A stretch of 60,582 bases of DNA, counting the filler. It is 9 parts of 9 records of this genome, joined end to end, with 100 filler letters (N's around TTAATTAATTAA, not from the genome) between each part and the next. Parts side by side here need not be neighbours in the genome. Positions count along the whole stretch, not along the records: positions 5,585 to 12,313 come from SRR31156797_31410; positions 12,414 to 23,343 come from SRR31156797_31478; 7 more parts are not named here. One strand, written 5' to 3'. Shown here piece after piece: positions 10,554-21,071 of the stretch. A model generated the notes under the pieces. That model was not told where the DNA came from. It made no database searches and worked only from the letters and a program-made list of their open reading frames with translations. Each line of letters starts with the position of its first letter. Position 1 is the stretch's first letter. The position numbers and the translations under genes are program-made.

Positions 10554-10712
10554 ATGAAAAACAGTAAAAAGCTGATCATCGCAGGAGCCGTCTTGGCCGG
10601 TTTGGGTGTTATTACCAAATATTTCCTGGACAAATTTTTACTAAACAATCCTGAGCTGGAATTCGATGATGAATTCGAATTGCGCGATGTTGAAGAGGGT
10701 GAGGAAGGCTAG
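10554..10712 (+). CDS. Small 52-aa membrane-anchored protein with acidic tail (not in ORF track)
   Basis: GGAGG RBS; MKNSKKLIIAGAVLAGLGVITKYFLDKFLLNNPELEFDDEFELRDVEEGEEG; TAG abuts the next ATG. Confidence 0.75.
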   Translation: MKNSKKLIIAGAVLAGLGVITKYFLDKFLLNNPELEFDDEFELRDVEEGEEG

Positions 10713-11513
10713 ATGCGCTTCTTCATATCCGCCGACATTGAAGGTGTAACCGGGATCAATACCTGGTCTGAGACTAATAAAGGTAATCCCGATTACTCAG
10801 AATTTCGCATTCAGATGACTCGAGAGGTCGTTGCCGCCTGTGAAGGTGCACTTGCAGCAGGTGCCACTGAGATCGTAGTAAAAGACGCACACGATTCCGG
10901 CAGAAATCTGAAAGCAGAAGATCTTCCCAAAGAGGCAAAATTGATCCGAAATTGGGCGGGTCATCCCTATTCTATGGTCTGGGGTATCGACCAAGGTTTT
11001 GACTCGATCGCTTTTGTCGGTTACCATTCACCCTCGGGCTCCAATGATAATCCTTTGGCACATACCATGTCATCAAGATCGGTATTTGAGATGAAATTGA
11101 ACGGCGAACTTTGTTCTGAATTTATGCTGCATGCCATGGTCGCCAGAACTCACGGGGTTGTTCCTGTATTCTTATCCGGAGATGCCGGTATCTGTAATCG
11201 TGCCAGAAATTTCGATCCTCAGATCGAAACGGTAGCGACTTTCGAGGGAACCGGGCAAGCAACCTTGAGCATTCATCCCGATCTTGCTATTGAACAGATC
11301 AAAGCAGGTGTTGAAAAAGCCCTTAAAAAGAAAAAAGAAGCTTTCTCGATGTCTGTGCCGGAGCAATTCGTTCTTGAGATCAGCTATAAAAAGCATCCGG
11401 ATGCTTACCGTGCATCGCATTACCCGGGAGCAAAAGCAATTGCCCCACAATTAATACGTTACGAAACAAATAATATGCTGGACGTGATGCGTTTCATCAT
11501 GTTCTGCATTTAA
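10713..11513 (+). CDS. M55 family D-aminopeptidase (DppA-like)
   Basis: ISADIEG, VKDAH, FVGYH, LAHT, LSGD metal-binding motifs. Confidence 0.93.
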   Translation: MRFFISADIEGVTGINTWSETNKGNPDYSEFRIQMTREVVAACEGALAAGATEIVVKDAHDSGRNLKAEDLPKEAKLIRNWAGHPYSMVWGIDQGFDSIAFVGYHSPSGSNDNPLAHTMSSRSVFEMKLNGELCSEFMLHAMVARTHGVVPVFLSGDAGICNRARNFDPQIETVATFEGTGQATLSIHPDLAIEQIKAGVEKALKKKKEAFSMSVPEQFVLEISYKKHPDAYRASHYPGAKAIAPQLIRYETNNMLDVMRFIMFCI

Positions 11514-11618
11514 ATAATAGATCGTTTAGCAACAATCAATTAACTAAGAATATTTCTAGTACATTCATTTTTGAATGCCGACATAAGAACTTTTTCTAAA
11601 GGATAAGGAGCAGTTTAC

Positions 11619-12313
11619 ATGGCTAATTTACAAATTCTGAATCATTTTTGGTTGACTCTTTTATTACTTCTTCCGGTCATCCTCATCTCCAGGGCAGTCG
11701 TTGCAGGAAGCAAATACTCCCCTATTCTCATCATTGTGATCTTTGGGTTGACACTCGGATTGATCATTGAGATCACGGGTATAGGAACGCCCGGATTAAA
11801 AGAATTCCCGATCGTAGGTTTGGCTTCTGCCGTTACGATCACGGCTTTGGTCGCCACCTTCTTTGTGGGCGGACAAAAGTTAAGGAATACCTTCTTCAAG
11901 CCCAAATTGCCCGGCAAAGATGATGTTGTACTAAGTGAGCATGAGGTAATGCTCGGTACCAAAGGTACACAATTCGTTTTTATTATTCGTTCCTACTTCA
12001 TCCTCCTGGGAATAGAGGGTTTAAAAAGGATTGTTTTGGGGCAATCTGTCGGTGAACTGGGGACTTATTATCCACTCATCGCTTTTTTCGGAATTGCCGG
12101 TGCCTTGATCCTGATCGATAGAAAAGCCATTATTGCAGACAAACGGAAATACCTGGGACGTGGTATTGTTGAGATCGTTGCTATCTTAGCGATCTTGGTT
12201 CTGTCCTACTACATTTCAATTTGGATCAAGGACGTGATCGCACTTCCGCAGATCTTTTTCGCCATGCTGATCTCCAGCGGATTGGGAATGGTTTTCTCCG
12301 ACTGGAAACCCGG
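11619..12313 (+). CDS. Polytopic membrane protein of unknown function (3' truncated)
   Basis: AGGAG RBS; multiple hydrophobic helices. Confidence 0.7.
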
Positions 12314-12413
12314 NNNNNNNNNNNNNNNNNNNNNNNNNNNNNNNNNNNNNNNNNNNNTTAATTAATTAANNNNNNNNNNNNNNNNNNNNNNNNNNNNNNN
12401 NNNNNNNNNNNNN
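12314..12413. other. Artificial contig linker
   Basis: Same 100-bp N/TTAATTAATTAA/N spacer. Confidence 0.99.
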
Positions 12414-12897
12414 GGCATTCGGCACCGGCACCCATGAGACAACGGCCATGTGCCTCGGCCTGGTGGAGGAGTATATGAAGCCCGGGGTCTCTTTCCTGGA
12501 TGTGGGCACGGGTTCCGGCATTCTCATGATCGCCGCAGGCAAACTTGGGGCCGGCACGCTCGAGGGGCTGGATAACGACGAAGCCGCCGTGATCATCGCC
12601 CGGGAAAACCTTGAAAAAAACGGCATCTCCCCGGAAGGATTCGATATCGCCTGCGCCACCCTTGACCGCTATCCCGAAAAAAAATTCGATATTGTGGCGG
12701 CCAACATCCTTGCCGAGGTGATCATCGACATTTTGCCCGACATAAAGCTGCGGCTTGCCCCGGGCGGCATCGCCATCCTCTCCGGCATCATCAACCTCTG
12801 GGAAGACAAGGTGGCGGCAGCCCTTGAAAGCAACGGATTCACCGTCCTTAAAACCGAAACACGGGGCGAATGGGTGGCCATGGCCGTTACCCTCTAA
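12414..12897 (+). CDS. prmA: Ribosomal protein L11 methyltransferase (5' truncated)
   Basis: AFGTGTHETT, LDVGTGSGIL, AANILA, ILSGI. Confidence 0.93.
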
Positions 12898-14000
12898 CCG
12901 GATATCTCGACCAGTTTTGATGCGGGAACGATCCTGATCCTGGACTTGAGCCTGGCCATTTCCGCTTTCAGGGTGGCATAGGTGATCTTGTAAGGGTGGC
13001 CGATACCGATGGCCGTGCCATGGCGTTTGGCCACCCGGACCAGCTGCTCGAGCTGCTTCTTGATATAGCCGGAGTCCTGGCGATTGTCCAGGAACACATC
13101 CCTTTGGGCAAAGGGGATCTGCAACAGCCGCGCCGATTGCTTGCACAGGGAATTTTTAGACGTCATGCTGTCGATGAAGAAAAGATCCCTTTGCTTCAGC
13201 ACGGTGAAGACCTGGTTCATCTGGGGCGAAAGGGAGGTGATCCGCGACCCCATGTGATTGTTCACCCCCCTCACATGGGGGACAGCGGCAAGATTTCGCC
13301 TGAGCTGGTCCAGGAGTTCGTCCGGAGTCATGGATGAAAGCAGGGCCCCGGGCCCGGGATCCACCCGGGGATACTGCATGGGTTCCATGGGAAGGTGGAG
13401 CATGACCTCGGTCCCCTTTGCGTGGAGGGACTCGGCAATGGCCCTTGCATGGGGCGCCCCCGGAAGTATGGCCAGGGTGATGTTCCCGTCCAGGTCTGCC
13501 AGGGCCGAGGAAATTTTCCTGTCAAACCCGATGTCGTCGATGATGATGGCCACCCTGGGCGTCACCTCCTCAGGAACGGGGGTGGGCTTGGGCTTTCTCT
13601 CCGGTATTGCATGGTGAGCCTTGTCGTCAAACACCTCAAACACCGGACGTTCTACCGGGCGGGTCACCGGCTCCGGTTTTTTCGAAATCCGCTTCTTCAC
13701 CGTAACCTGCCTTGTTTCGGTGGCCTTCGGGGCAACAGGTCGGCTAACGGCGACCGTATTCCCGGAATCGTTTCTGCCCAAAAAATAATCCGCAGCCATG
13801 ACACCCACCACCACCACACCCACAAGGATCGTGATTCCCGTGGCGATCTTCTTCAGCTCATTGGTGATGGATGGCTTCTGCTTTTTGGGGCTTTTCTTTT
13901 TTCCGGTTGATCGTTTTGCAGTTTTTTTGGCCGTTTTTCCTGCCTTCGCTGTCTTTTTTGTCTTCGCCGTCTTCGCCGTCTGCTTTTTTTTTACTGCCAT
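12894..14000 (-). CDS. Divergent polysaccharide deacetylase (YibQ family) with Lys/Ala-rich N-terminal tail and one TM helix
   Basis: VAIIIDDIG, MLHLPMEP, GVNNHMGS, FFIDS, RDVFLDN, IGIGHP. Confidence 0.92.
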   Translation of the reverse strand: MAVKKKQTAKTAKTKKTAKAGKTAKKTAKRSTGKKKSPKKQKPSITNELKKIATGITILVGVVVVGVMAADYFLGRNDSGNTVAVSRPVAPKATETRQVTVKKRISKKPEPVTRPVERPVFEVFDDKAHHAIPERKPKPTPVPEEVTPRVAIIIDDIGFDRKISSALADLDGNITLAILPGAPHARAIAESLHAKGTEVMLHLPMEPMQYPRVDPGPGALLSSMTPDELLDQLRRNLAAVPHVRGVNNHMGSRITSLSPQMNQVFTVLKQRDLFFIDSMTSKNSLCKQSARLLQIPFAQRDVFLDNRQDSGYIKKQLEQLVRVAKRHGTAIGIGHPYKITYATLKAEMARLKSRIRIVPASKLVEISG

Positions 14001-14011
14001 CCTGTCTTGAA

Positions 14012-15358
14012 TCAACCTTTGTTCAGACTGTTAAAAATGCCATAGCTGACCAGAATATCCAGGGCCCGCTGCACCTGGGAGTCATGATTGAGTCTGTCAA
14101 GGCTGATCAATCCGTGCCCGGTGGGTTTATTCTCTTCCTTATTCTTTTCCCGGGACTTCTTGTTTTCCGGCTCCAGATGATTTTTCAGGTCCTTTTCCCT
14201 GAGCATCCTGTCAAAGGCGGATTCAGACGGTTTTTCCTTCTTATCCTCGATGAGCGAAAACTCGACTTCGATATCGGGCTTGATGCCTTCGGCCTGGATC
14301 GAACGGCCGCTGGGGGTGTAGTACCTGGCAATGGTGTACTTGAGGCCGAAACCATCTTTCAGGGGCTTGACGCTCTGGACCGATCCCTTGCCAAAGGAGG
14401 TGGTGCCGAGGATCAGGGCCCGCTTCTGGTCCTGGAGCGCGCCGGCAACGATCTCGGATGCGCTGGCGCTTCCGCCGTTGATCAAAACCACGATGGGATA
14501 ATCCCGGTCAACGGTGTTGGGATGGGCCTCGAACACCTCGGTGTGCTGTTCCAGCCGCCCCTTGATGGAAACGATGGTTCCCTCATCCAGGAAGATATCG
14601 GACACCTCGCTTGCCTGGTTCAAAAGCCCGCCGGGGTTATTCCTCAGATCCACGATCAATCCCTTGAGGGGAACATCTCCCGCCCCCAGCTCGTCAAGGG
14701 CCTTTCTAACGTCATCCGCGGTGTTGGCCCTGAAATTGGTAATCCAGATATAGCCGTACCCGGGTTTGATACTGGTGCTCCTGACGCTCTCCATGGGAAT
14801 GATGTCCCGTTTCAAGGTGTACTCCAGGGGTTCGGGTTCTCCCTCCCTCACCACGGTGAGCACCACCTCTTCCCCCCTGGGGCCCCTCATCTTCTTCACA
14901 CTCTCCCACAGGGCCATGTCCCGGGTGCTGTCGCCGTCAATGCTCACGATCACGTCCCCCGCCATGATCCCCGCCCGGTAAGCCGGGGTGCCCTCGATGG
15001 GGGAAATCACGGTAAGGATACCGTCCTTCATGGTGATAACGATGCCGATACCGCCGAACTCTCCCTTGGTGTCATCCTGGAGTTCGTCAAAGGCCTCGGG
15101 CGGCATGAAGGTAGAGTGGGGATCGAGGCTTGAAACCATCCCCTTGATGGCGCTCTGGATCAGCTTTTCACTGTCCACCTCGTCCACGTAGTTGGACTCG
15201 ATCTCCTCCAGGACATCTGAAAAGAGTTTGAGTGACTTATATGTGGTTTCGTCCCCAGCCATGGGACAGCTGTAGAAACCGGCTCCCACGGTTATCATGA
15301 GGGCGGATACGATCACAGGCAGCCAGCGCCTGGTGATTTTTCTCAGTCGTTTTCGCAT
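14012..15358 (-). CDS. S41 carboxyl-terminal processing protease (CtpA-like)
   Basis: LDPHS, PDZ domain, DLRNNPGGLL, SASASEIVAGALQD, FGKGSVQ. Confidence 0.95.
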   Translation of the reverse strand: MRKRLRKITRRWLPVIVSALMITVGAGFYSCPMAGDETTYKSLKLFSDVLEEIESNYVDEVDSEKLIQSAIKGMVSSLDPHSTFMPPEAFDELQDDTKGEFGGIGIVITMKDGILTVISPIEGTPAYRAGIMAGDVIVSIDGDSTRDMALWESVKKMRGPRGEEVVLTVVREGEPEPLEYTLKRDIIPMESVRSTSIKPGYGYIWITNFRANTADDVRKALDELGAGDVPLKGLIVDLRNNPGGLLNQASEVSDIFLDEGTIVSIKGRLEQHTEVFEAHPNTVDRDYPIVVLINGGSASASEIVAGALQDQKRALILGTTSFGKGSVQSVKPLKDGFGLKYTIARYYTPSGRSIQAEGIKPDIEVEFSLIEDKKEKPSESAFDRMLREKDLKNHLEPENKKSREKNKEENKPTGHGLISLDRLNHDSQVQRALDILVSYGIFNSLNKG

Positions 15359-15359
15359 T

Positions 15360-16775
15360 TTACGCTCCTTTTTTGAGCCATTTCATTGGATCCACAGGTT
15401 TCCCATGGTGCCGAACCTCAAAATGAAGGCAGGGCCCTTTAATGGATCCGGTGTCTCCTGCCAGTGCAATCACCTCGCTGGTATCGACCCGTTCTCCCTT
15501 TTTCTTGAAAAACTCTTCAACATGGGCATAGAGGGTATAAAAGCTCTCTCCATGGTTGATGATGATCAGGTTTCCGTACCCCTTGAGCCACTCGGCGTAG
15601 AGGACCTCTCCCTTGAACACCGATCGGACAGGCTCTCCCTTATCAACACTTATATCAATTCCCGTCTGAAATGTGAAGGAGGAGTAATTACTATTCTGGG
15701 AAGGACCGTACCTTGAGATGATCGTCCCCTGCACGGGCATGTCAAGGCGCCCCAGGGCCCGGGAAAAGCCCCCCCGGTCGTCGGATTCCGCCGGCTCAAG
15801 GGCAGCGATCTTATTTTCGAGCCCCTTGGCCGCCTGCTTCAGGGAGGCCACGGCCGCAAGTCCCAGCTCTTTTTTCTTTCGTATCTCCTTCAGGATGGCG
15901 CTTCGCCTGTCGCTCTCCCTTGTATTCACCCGGAGCTGCTCATTGAGGGAAGCCTCCAGCCGTTTCTTCTCGGCCGCCAGGGAATCAAGATCCCTGGATA
16001 CGAGGGCCAGGCGTTTCAGGTCGTTGGTCTGCTGTTCCAGAAGGTCCAGATCCGAGGCAAGGATCCGGGCAAGGGCGTTCTGCTGAAGGAAAAAATCAAA
16101 CATGGAATCCGGCTTTGACATGAGCTCCATCCGCCCGATCATCTTCACCCGGTAAAGGGCGTTGAGCCGTGCAGCCACATAGCCTTTGTTTTTATCGATG
16201 GTAAGGGACAGGTCCTCTTTTTTCCGGCCCACATCGGCCATGCCCTGCCGGATGGTTTCCAGCTCCTTCTTCAGGGCCGATATTCGGGTGCGCATGCGGT
16301 TCAGGGTCAGCTCTATCTCGTTGAGGCCCTCGATAATTGCTGTCTCTTTCTCGGTAAACGCCCTGACCTCGCTTTCCTGGGCCGCGATCTTTTGGCGAAT
16401 GGCTTCCGCCTCCTTTGGCGGGGCCTTGTCCCGCTTCCTTACCCCGCCGCGGATAAGCGTCCATTTAACGTACTGGGGCCGGTTCCGGACAAATCCGTTC
16501 ACCTTTTTCGACCGAATTTCAAGCCACCCGCCCTCGCCGTCCTGGTGATCGACCACACGCACCGCATCGCCCTTTTTCAGGGTTCCGGCGACCCGTGAAT
16601 CATTGGAGGGCCGTGTCCGGACGTTGAGCTGCCAGGCGGTGATCACCCCCTTGCCATACGCCCCGTTCTCCAGGGCAGAGGATACACCGGCCCCAACCAT
16701 AACAAGGGAACAGGCCAGGAAGGCCCGGCCTAATATTTCAAGAACTGCTTTAATGAAAGATAGCATCCAAGCCAA
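15360..16775 (-). CDS. envC: Murein hydrolase activator EnvC-like (SH3b - coiled coil - M23); true start probably slightly downstream of the ORF-track start
   Basis: LNVRTRPS SH3b motif, long coiled coil, GIDI..YGNLIIINHG..LYAH..LHFEVR; follows ftsEX. Confidence 0.85.
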   Translation of the reverse strand: MAWMLSFIKAVLEILGRAFLACSLVMVGAGVSSALENGAYGKGVITAWQLNVRTRPSNDSRVAGTLKKGDAVRVVDHQDGEGGWLEIRSKKVNGFVRNRPQYVKWTLIRGGVRKRDKAPPKEAEAIRQKIAAQESEVRAFTEKETAIIEGLNEIELTLNRMRTRISALKKELETIRQGMADVGRKKEDLSLTIDKNKGYVAARLNALYRVKMIGRMELMSKPDSMFDFFLQQNALARILASDLDLLEQQTNDLKRLALVSRDLDSLAAEKKRLEASLNEQLRVNTRESDRRSAILKEIRKKKELGLAAVASLKQAAKGLENKIAALEPAESDDRGGFSRALGRLDMPVQGTIISRYGPSQNSNYSSFTFQTGIDISVDKGEPVRSVFKGEVLYAEWLKGYGNLIIINHGESFYTLYAHVEEFFKKKGERVDTSEVIALAGDTGSIKGPCLHFEVRHHGKPVDPMKWLKKGA

Positions 16776-17611
16776 CCTAAAAATGCACTGCCGAGAATTA
16801 TGGTCACCCAGTATTTTACAGACAGAAAGTGTATATCAAAAAGCATGTAAGAGGCAACGCTCTCTTGAAGATTCATGGAAATGACCAGAAAGATGACAAG
16901 AAGAATCGACAATCCCATAATGCCGCCCAGGGTTCCCTGGATCAGCCCCTGGATGTAGAAGGGGGTGATGATGAACCGGTCCGTTGCCCCCACCAGGCGC
17001 ATGATCTCCACCTCCTGTCGCCTGGAATAGAGGGCCAGGCGCACGGTGTTCGCCGTGATAAAAAGAGCGATCAGGAAGAAAAGGCTGCTCATGGCATAGC
17101 CGGTGATCTTGAAGAGGTTGAACAGGGAAAGAAACCGCCCAAGCCAGCGCTGGCCATACTCAACATCCGCGACCTGGGGCAGCTGTTCAATGGCCTTTGC
17201 AAAGGCCGTAATCCGGTCCCATTCCGAGGCTGTGCGTTTCATCCGAATCTCCAGGGCATGGGGAAGGGGATTCTCCTCCAGGGTTTCCAAAAAGGCGCTC
17301 CGGTTCTTCATATCCTGTTTGAGCAGCGCCAGCCCCTCCTCTTTTGGGATGAACCGGACCTCTCCGGCCTCGTCCATGGCCTGTATTTTGGCGGTGAGCC
17401 CGGGCAGCATGGAAGGGGTGAAGCCCTCACCCAGGTAGGCCATGATCCGGAATCCCCGGTTCCAGGAATCGATCACCCGGCTGGTGTTTTCAAAAAAAAG
17501 GGCAAAGGTGGAAACCACGAGGATCGACAGGGCGATGGTCACGATGGTGATGACATTCAGGAACCGGTTGGAAAGGATATCTAAAACAGCCCGCTTAAAA
17601 TAGTGAAACAT
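16730..17611 (-). CDS. ftsX: Cell division permease FtsX
   Basis: ENPLP, NTVRLALYSRRQEVEIMRLVGAT; follows ftsE. Confidence 0.93.
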   Translation of the reverse strand: MFHYFKRAVLDILSNRFLNVITIVTIALSILVVSTFALFFENTSRVIDSWNRGFRIMAYLGEGFTPSMLPGLTAKIQAMDEAGEVRFIPKEEGLALLKQDMKNRSAFLETLEENPLPHALEIRMKRTASEWDRITAFAKAIEQLPQVADVEYGQRWLGRFLSLFNLFKITGYAMSSLFFLIALFITANTVRLALYSRRQEVEIMRLVGATDRFIITPFYIQGLIQGTLGGIMGLSILLVIFLVISMNLQESVASYMLFDIHFLSVKYWVTIILGSAFLGWLGCYLSLKQFLKY

Positions 17612-17626
17612 GGTCCCCCCGCAATT

Positions 17627-18313
17627 TTAAAGCATTCTGGCAGTTCCCACCAAAGCGCCGTCGGCCAGTGAGATACTCCGCGCCCTGACCGTGCTGTTGA
17701 TCAGCTGCATGTTGTGGCTTACAATGAGAATGGTTGCCCCCTGGTCATGGCACTGCATGAGAAAATCGAGAACGGCCTGGGCCGACTCGCTGTCCAGGCT
17801 TCCCGTTGGTTCGTCCGCCAGGATGATCTTCGGGTTCCCCACAACGGCCCGTGCAACGGCCACCCGCTGCTGTTCGCCGCCGGAGAGGGCGGGAGGAAAC
17901 GCATTGACCTTATCCGCCATTCCCGTGGTCTCGAGCACCCGCATGACCCGCCGTTTGATGCCGGCGGGCTTTACGCCGGCCGCCTCGAGCACCAGGGCCA
18001 CGTTGCTGTAGACGGTCCTGTTGGGAATAAGCTTGAAGTCCTGAAAGATCACACCGATGCTGCGGCGCAGGAACGGCACCCTGGCATGGGAGATCCTGTC
18101 AAGGTTCATGCCGTCCACGATGATCTGGCCTTCGGAGGCACGTTCCGCAAGGTAGATCAGCTTCATCAACGTGGATTTTCCGGCCCCGGAAGAGCCGGTG
18201 ACAAAGATGAACTCCCCGGCCTCCACATCCATGCTGATGTTTTTAAGGGCGTATTGTTTGCCATAACGTTTGGATACGTTAAACAGTCTGATTATCGGAT
18301 CTCGACGCTCCAT
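17627..18313 (-). CDS. ftsE: Cell division ATP-binding protein FtsE
   Basis: [43 protein letters not shown]. Confidence 0.93.
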   Translation of the reverse strand: MERRDPIIRLFNVSKRYGKQYALKNISMDVEAGEFIFVTGSSGAGKSTLMKLIYLAERASEGQIIVDGMNLDRISHARVPFLRRSIGVIFQDFKLIPNRTVYSNVALVLEAAGVKPAGIKRRVMRVLETTGMADKVNAFPPALSGGEQQRVAVARAVVGNPKIILADEPTGSLDSESAQAVLDFLMQCHDQGATILIVSHNMQLINSTVRARSISLADGALVGTARML

Positions 18314-18537
18314 CTCATCCTTCGCCTAGGTGTTGAGAAAGCGGAACAGGAGCGGTGCGGCCCGGCCCCCCATCCCATAACATAATTGACGCAGCTAGAA
18401 TTTACTGGTATAAGCCCTTAGTTGTCAAGGAGTGCTGCAAAACAGTTTTCCTTACACCGAGCCTTCACTGAATCCCGCATGCCGGCTTCTTCCTTCAGTG
18501 AAGGCTTTATAATCAAAATCAAGGAATAAAATCAAAT

Positions 18538-18570
18538 AAAAAAAGGGCAGGAGGCGGTTGCCCCCTGCCC
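18538..18570 (-). terminator. Intrinsic terminator after dnaJ-queD
   Basis: On the minus strand GGGCAGGGGGC...GCCTCCTGCCC followed by a T run. Confidence 0.8.
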
Positions 18571-18682
18571 AGCGATAGACCTTCACAATCGAATTGAGAC
18601 CCGCGTTGCCGCTTGCAACAAGAACCGGACTTAATTCAGATGCGATGGGCTAAAGTATCAATGCCTGATACGGAAGCCGATG

Positions 18683-19072
18683 CTACTTTGCTTCCGGCAG
18701 GTAGGTGGCGCAGGCATTGGCCGATTCCCAGGCCGAAACCCTTGACACCCGGACCGGTTCGTCCAACTTGTCCAGAAAGGCCTGGAGCCTGTCGGCAATG
18801 TAGATGGCAATCTGCTCGGATGAGGGTTGGATATGGGAAAACGCCTCAAGCTCGTTAAGGTATTTGTGATCAAGCTCCTTCATGATCTCCCTTACGGCCC
18901 GCTTGATATCCCCGAAATCCACCAGCACCCCTGCTGAATTCAGCTTCTCACCGGTAACATAGACCTCGACATTCCAGTTATGGCCGTGGAGGTTCTCGCA
19001 CTTCTCTCCCACCATGGCCAATTTATGGGCCGCCGCAAAATCGGTTTTTACCTTTAATTCAAACATTACCAT
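18683..19072 (-). CDS. queD: 6-carboxy-5,6,7,8-tetrahydropterin synthase
   Basis: FAAAH, CENLHGHNW, DFG, LDHKYLNE, PSSE, WES. Confidence 0.95.
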   Translation of the reverse strand: MVMFELKVKTDFAAAHKLAMVGEKCENLHGHNWNVEVYVTGEKLNSAGVLVDFGDIKRAVREIMKELDHKYLNELEAFSHIQPSSEQIAIYIADRLQAFLDKLDEPVRVSRVSAWESANACATYLPEAK

Positions 19073-19113
19073 CCCCCTGTTCCCAGCATCGAGCCGGCAG
19101 TTTCAAACTTAAC

Positions 19114-20214
19114 TTACATACTCTTGAAGAGATTTCTCAGCCTGTTGGATATTTTATTTGAGTCAAGTTTGTCAAACTCTTTGAGAAGTTTTTCCTGTTT
19201 TTTGGACAGACGGCTCGGGGTCTTGATATCCACCTGGATGATCTGATCGCCCCTGCGGCCGGACCGGAGGGAGGGAATACCCTGGCCCTTGAACTTGAAA
19301 GTGTCCCCATACTGGGTTCCCTTGGGAATGGTAAGCACCTTTTCGCTTTCCAGGGTCGGAATGACGATCTCGGCGCCAAGGGCGGCCTGAACAAAGGAGA
19401 TCTCGACCACACACAGGATATCGCTGTTGCTGCGCTTGAACCGCTTATGGGGTTTCACGTTGATAAACACGTAGAGGTCACCGTTGGCGCCACCGGCGGG
19501 ACTGGCCTCGCCCTCGCCCGTGAGCCTGAGCTTGGATCCCGTATCCACACCGGCCGGCACCTTGACGGAAACCCGCTTGGAGACCTCCATTCGGCCTGCG
19601 CCCACGCACTTGGGACAGGGATGGGGAATGGACTTGCCCTTTCCCCTGCAGTAGGGACAGGTGGTCTTTACCTTGAAAAAACCCTGGCTCTGGATAAACT
19701 GTCCGGTTCCCCGGCAATGGCTGCAGGTTTCGGGCTCGGTGCCCTCCTTGCATCCCGTGCCCTGGCATTCATCACAGGTGTCAAGTTTCCGGACATCGAT
19801 CTCTTTTTCAACCCCGAAGGCCGCCTCCATAAAATCGAGGTTCATGTCGTACCGCAGGTCAGAGCCCCTCTGGGCCCTTGCGCCCCGGCCGCCCCTGTTC
19901 CCGCCGAACCCGAAGAAATCCTCGAAAATATCTCCAAAACTGGAAAAGACATCATCGAAATTGCCGGCACCGGAATAACCGGAATTGTCAAGTCCCCGAT
20001 GACCGTACTGGTCATAGATCTGACGCTTGCTGTCATCGGAGAGAACCCCATAGGCCTCGGAGGCCTCCTTGAATTTTTCCTCAGCCTCCTTGTTACCGGG
20101 ATTCTTGTCCGGATGAAACTTGATGGCAAGTTTCCGGTATTTGGACTTCAGCTCATCCTTGGAAGCATCCCGTGAGACGCCAAGGATTTCATAATAATCG
20201 CGTTTTTCTGACAT
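19114..20214 (-). CDS. dnaJ: Chaperone DnaJ
   Basis: J domain with HPD, G/F region, four CxxCxGxG zinc-finger repeats. Confidence 0.98.
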   Translation of the reverse strand: MSEKRDYYEILGVSRDASKDELKSKYRKLAIKFHPDKNPGNKEAEEKFKEASEAYGVLSDDSKRQIYDQYGHRGLDNSGYSGAGNFDDVFSSFGDIFEDFFGFGGNRGGRGARAQRGSDLRYDMNLDFMEAAFGVEKEIDVRKLDTCDECQGTGCKEGTEPETCSHCRGTGQFIQSQGFFKVKTTCPYCRGKGKSIPHPCPKCVGAGRMEVSKRVSVKVPAGVDTGSKLRLTGEGEASPAGGANGDLYVFINVKPHKRFKRSNSDILCVVEISFVQAALGAEIVIPTLESEKVLTIPKGTQYGDTFKFKGQGIPSLRSGRRGDQIIQVDIKTPSRLSKKQEKLLKEFDKLDSNKISNRLRNLFKSM

Positions 20215-20348
20215 ACAGTTCCCATGTTTAGACTGCCGTTAACGGTGAATGGCAACCCTGTTATAAAGATTGAAAATTATATTATAGTATGTTACCCATA
20301 CCTGCTTTACAAAATTATCTTAACTTAACGCACAAATTTGGGTTGTCA

Positions 20349-21062
20349 ATGATGAATATGGAACTTGATTTCATTCGGGATATGTTTGACAGCATTGCCC
20401 CGAAATATGATTTTTTAAATCGTTTTTTGAGCATGCGGCAGGATGTCCGCTGGAGACGGGAGATGGTCAAGGCGGCCGGAATCCCAAAAAAGGGAGCGGT
20501 CCTGGATGTCGCCTGCGGGACCTGCGACGTGGCAATGGAGGTCCGAAACCAAACCGGCAGCGCCACCACCATCATCGGCACCGATTTTTCCCCGGGCATG
20601 CTCACCCTTGGTAAAAAGAAACTCGACAGGAGCAAGCAGTACCGGTCCATCCCTCTCGCCTGCGGCAACGCCCTGGCCCTGCCCTTCAGGCAGGAGCTGT
20701 TTGACGCCGTGACCATCGCCTTCGGCATCCGGAACATCATGGACCGGCAAGGCGCTCTCAAGGCGTTTCACCAGGCCCTGAAACCCGGTGGCAAGGTGGT
20801 TGTGCTGGAACTGACCGCCCCTGAAAACGGTCTCTTCAGAACGCTCTACCTCTTCTACTTCAAACGGATCCTCCCCGCCATCGGCAGCCTTTTTTCAAAG
20901 AATGCCGGCGCCTACCACTATCTGCCGGCCTCTGTGCTGAAGTTTCCCTCTCCAGGGGAATTTGCCCGGATCATGGGGCGTTCCGGATTCACGGATGTGC
21001 AATGGAAGCCCATGACCCTGGGAATTGTGACGCTGTTTGTGGGGACCAAAAAAGCGGTCTGA
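20349..21062 (+). CDS. ubiE: Menaquinone/ubiquinone C-methyltransferase (UbiE/MenG)
   Basis: MFDSIAPKYDFLNRFLS, LDVACGT, TIAFGIRN, YHYLPAS. Confidence 0.92.
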   Translation: MMNMELDFIRDMFDSIAPKYDFLNRFLSMRQDVRWRREMVKAAGIPKKGAVLDVACGTCDVAMEVRNQTGSATTIIGTDFSPGMLTLGKKKLDRSKQYRSIPLACGNALALPFRQELFDAVTIAFGIRNIMDRQGALKAFHQALKPGGKVVVLELTAPENGLFRTLYLFYFKRILPAIGSLFSKNAGAYHYLPASVLKFPSPGEFARIMGRSGFTDVQWKPMTLGIVTLFVGTKKAV

Positions 21063-21071
21063 GCAAGGGGA

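Noticed and set aside
13871-15133. 420-aa plus-strand ORF
   Set aside because: Antisense shadow of the GC-rich S41 protease gene; no recognisable motifs
18570-19113. preQ1 riboswitch or CIRCE element around queD/dnaJ
   Set aside because: No preQ1 consensus in the 41-bp gap before queD and no TTAGCACTC-N9-GAGTGCTAA upstream of dnaJ
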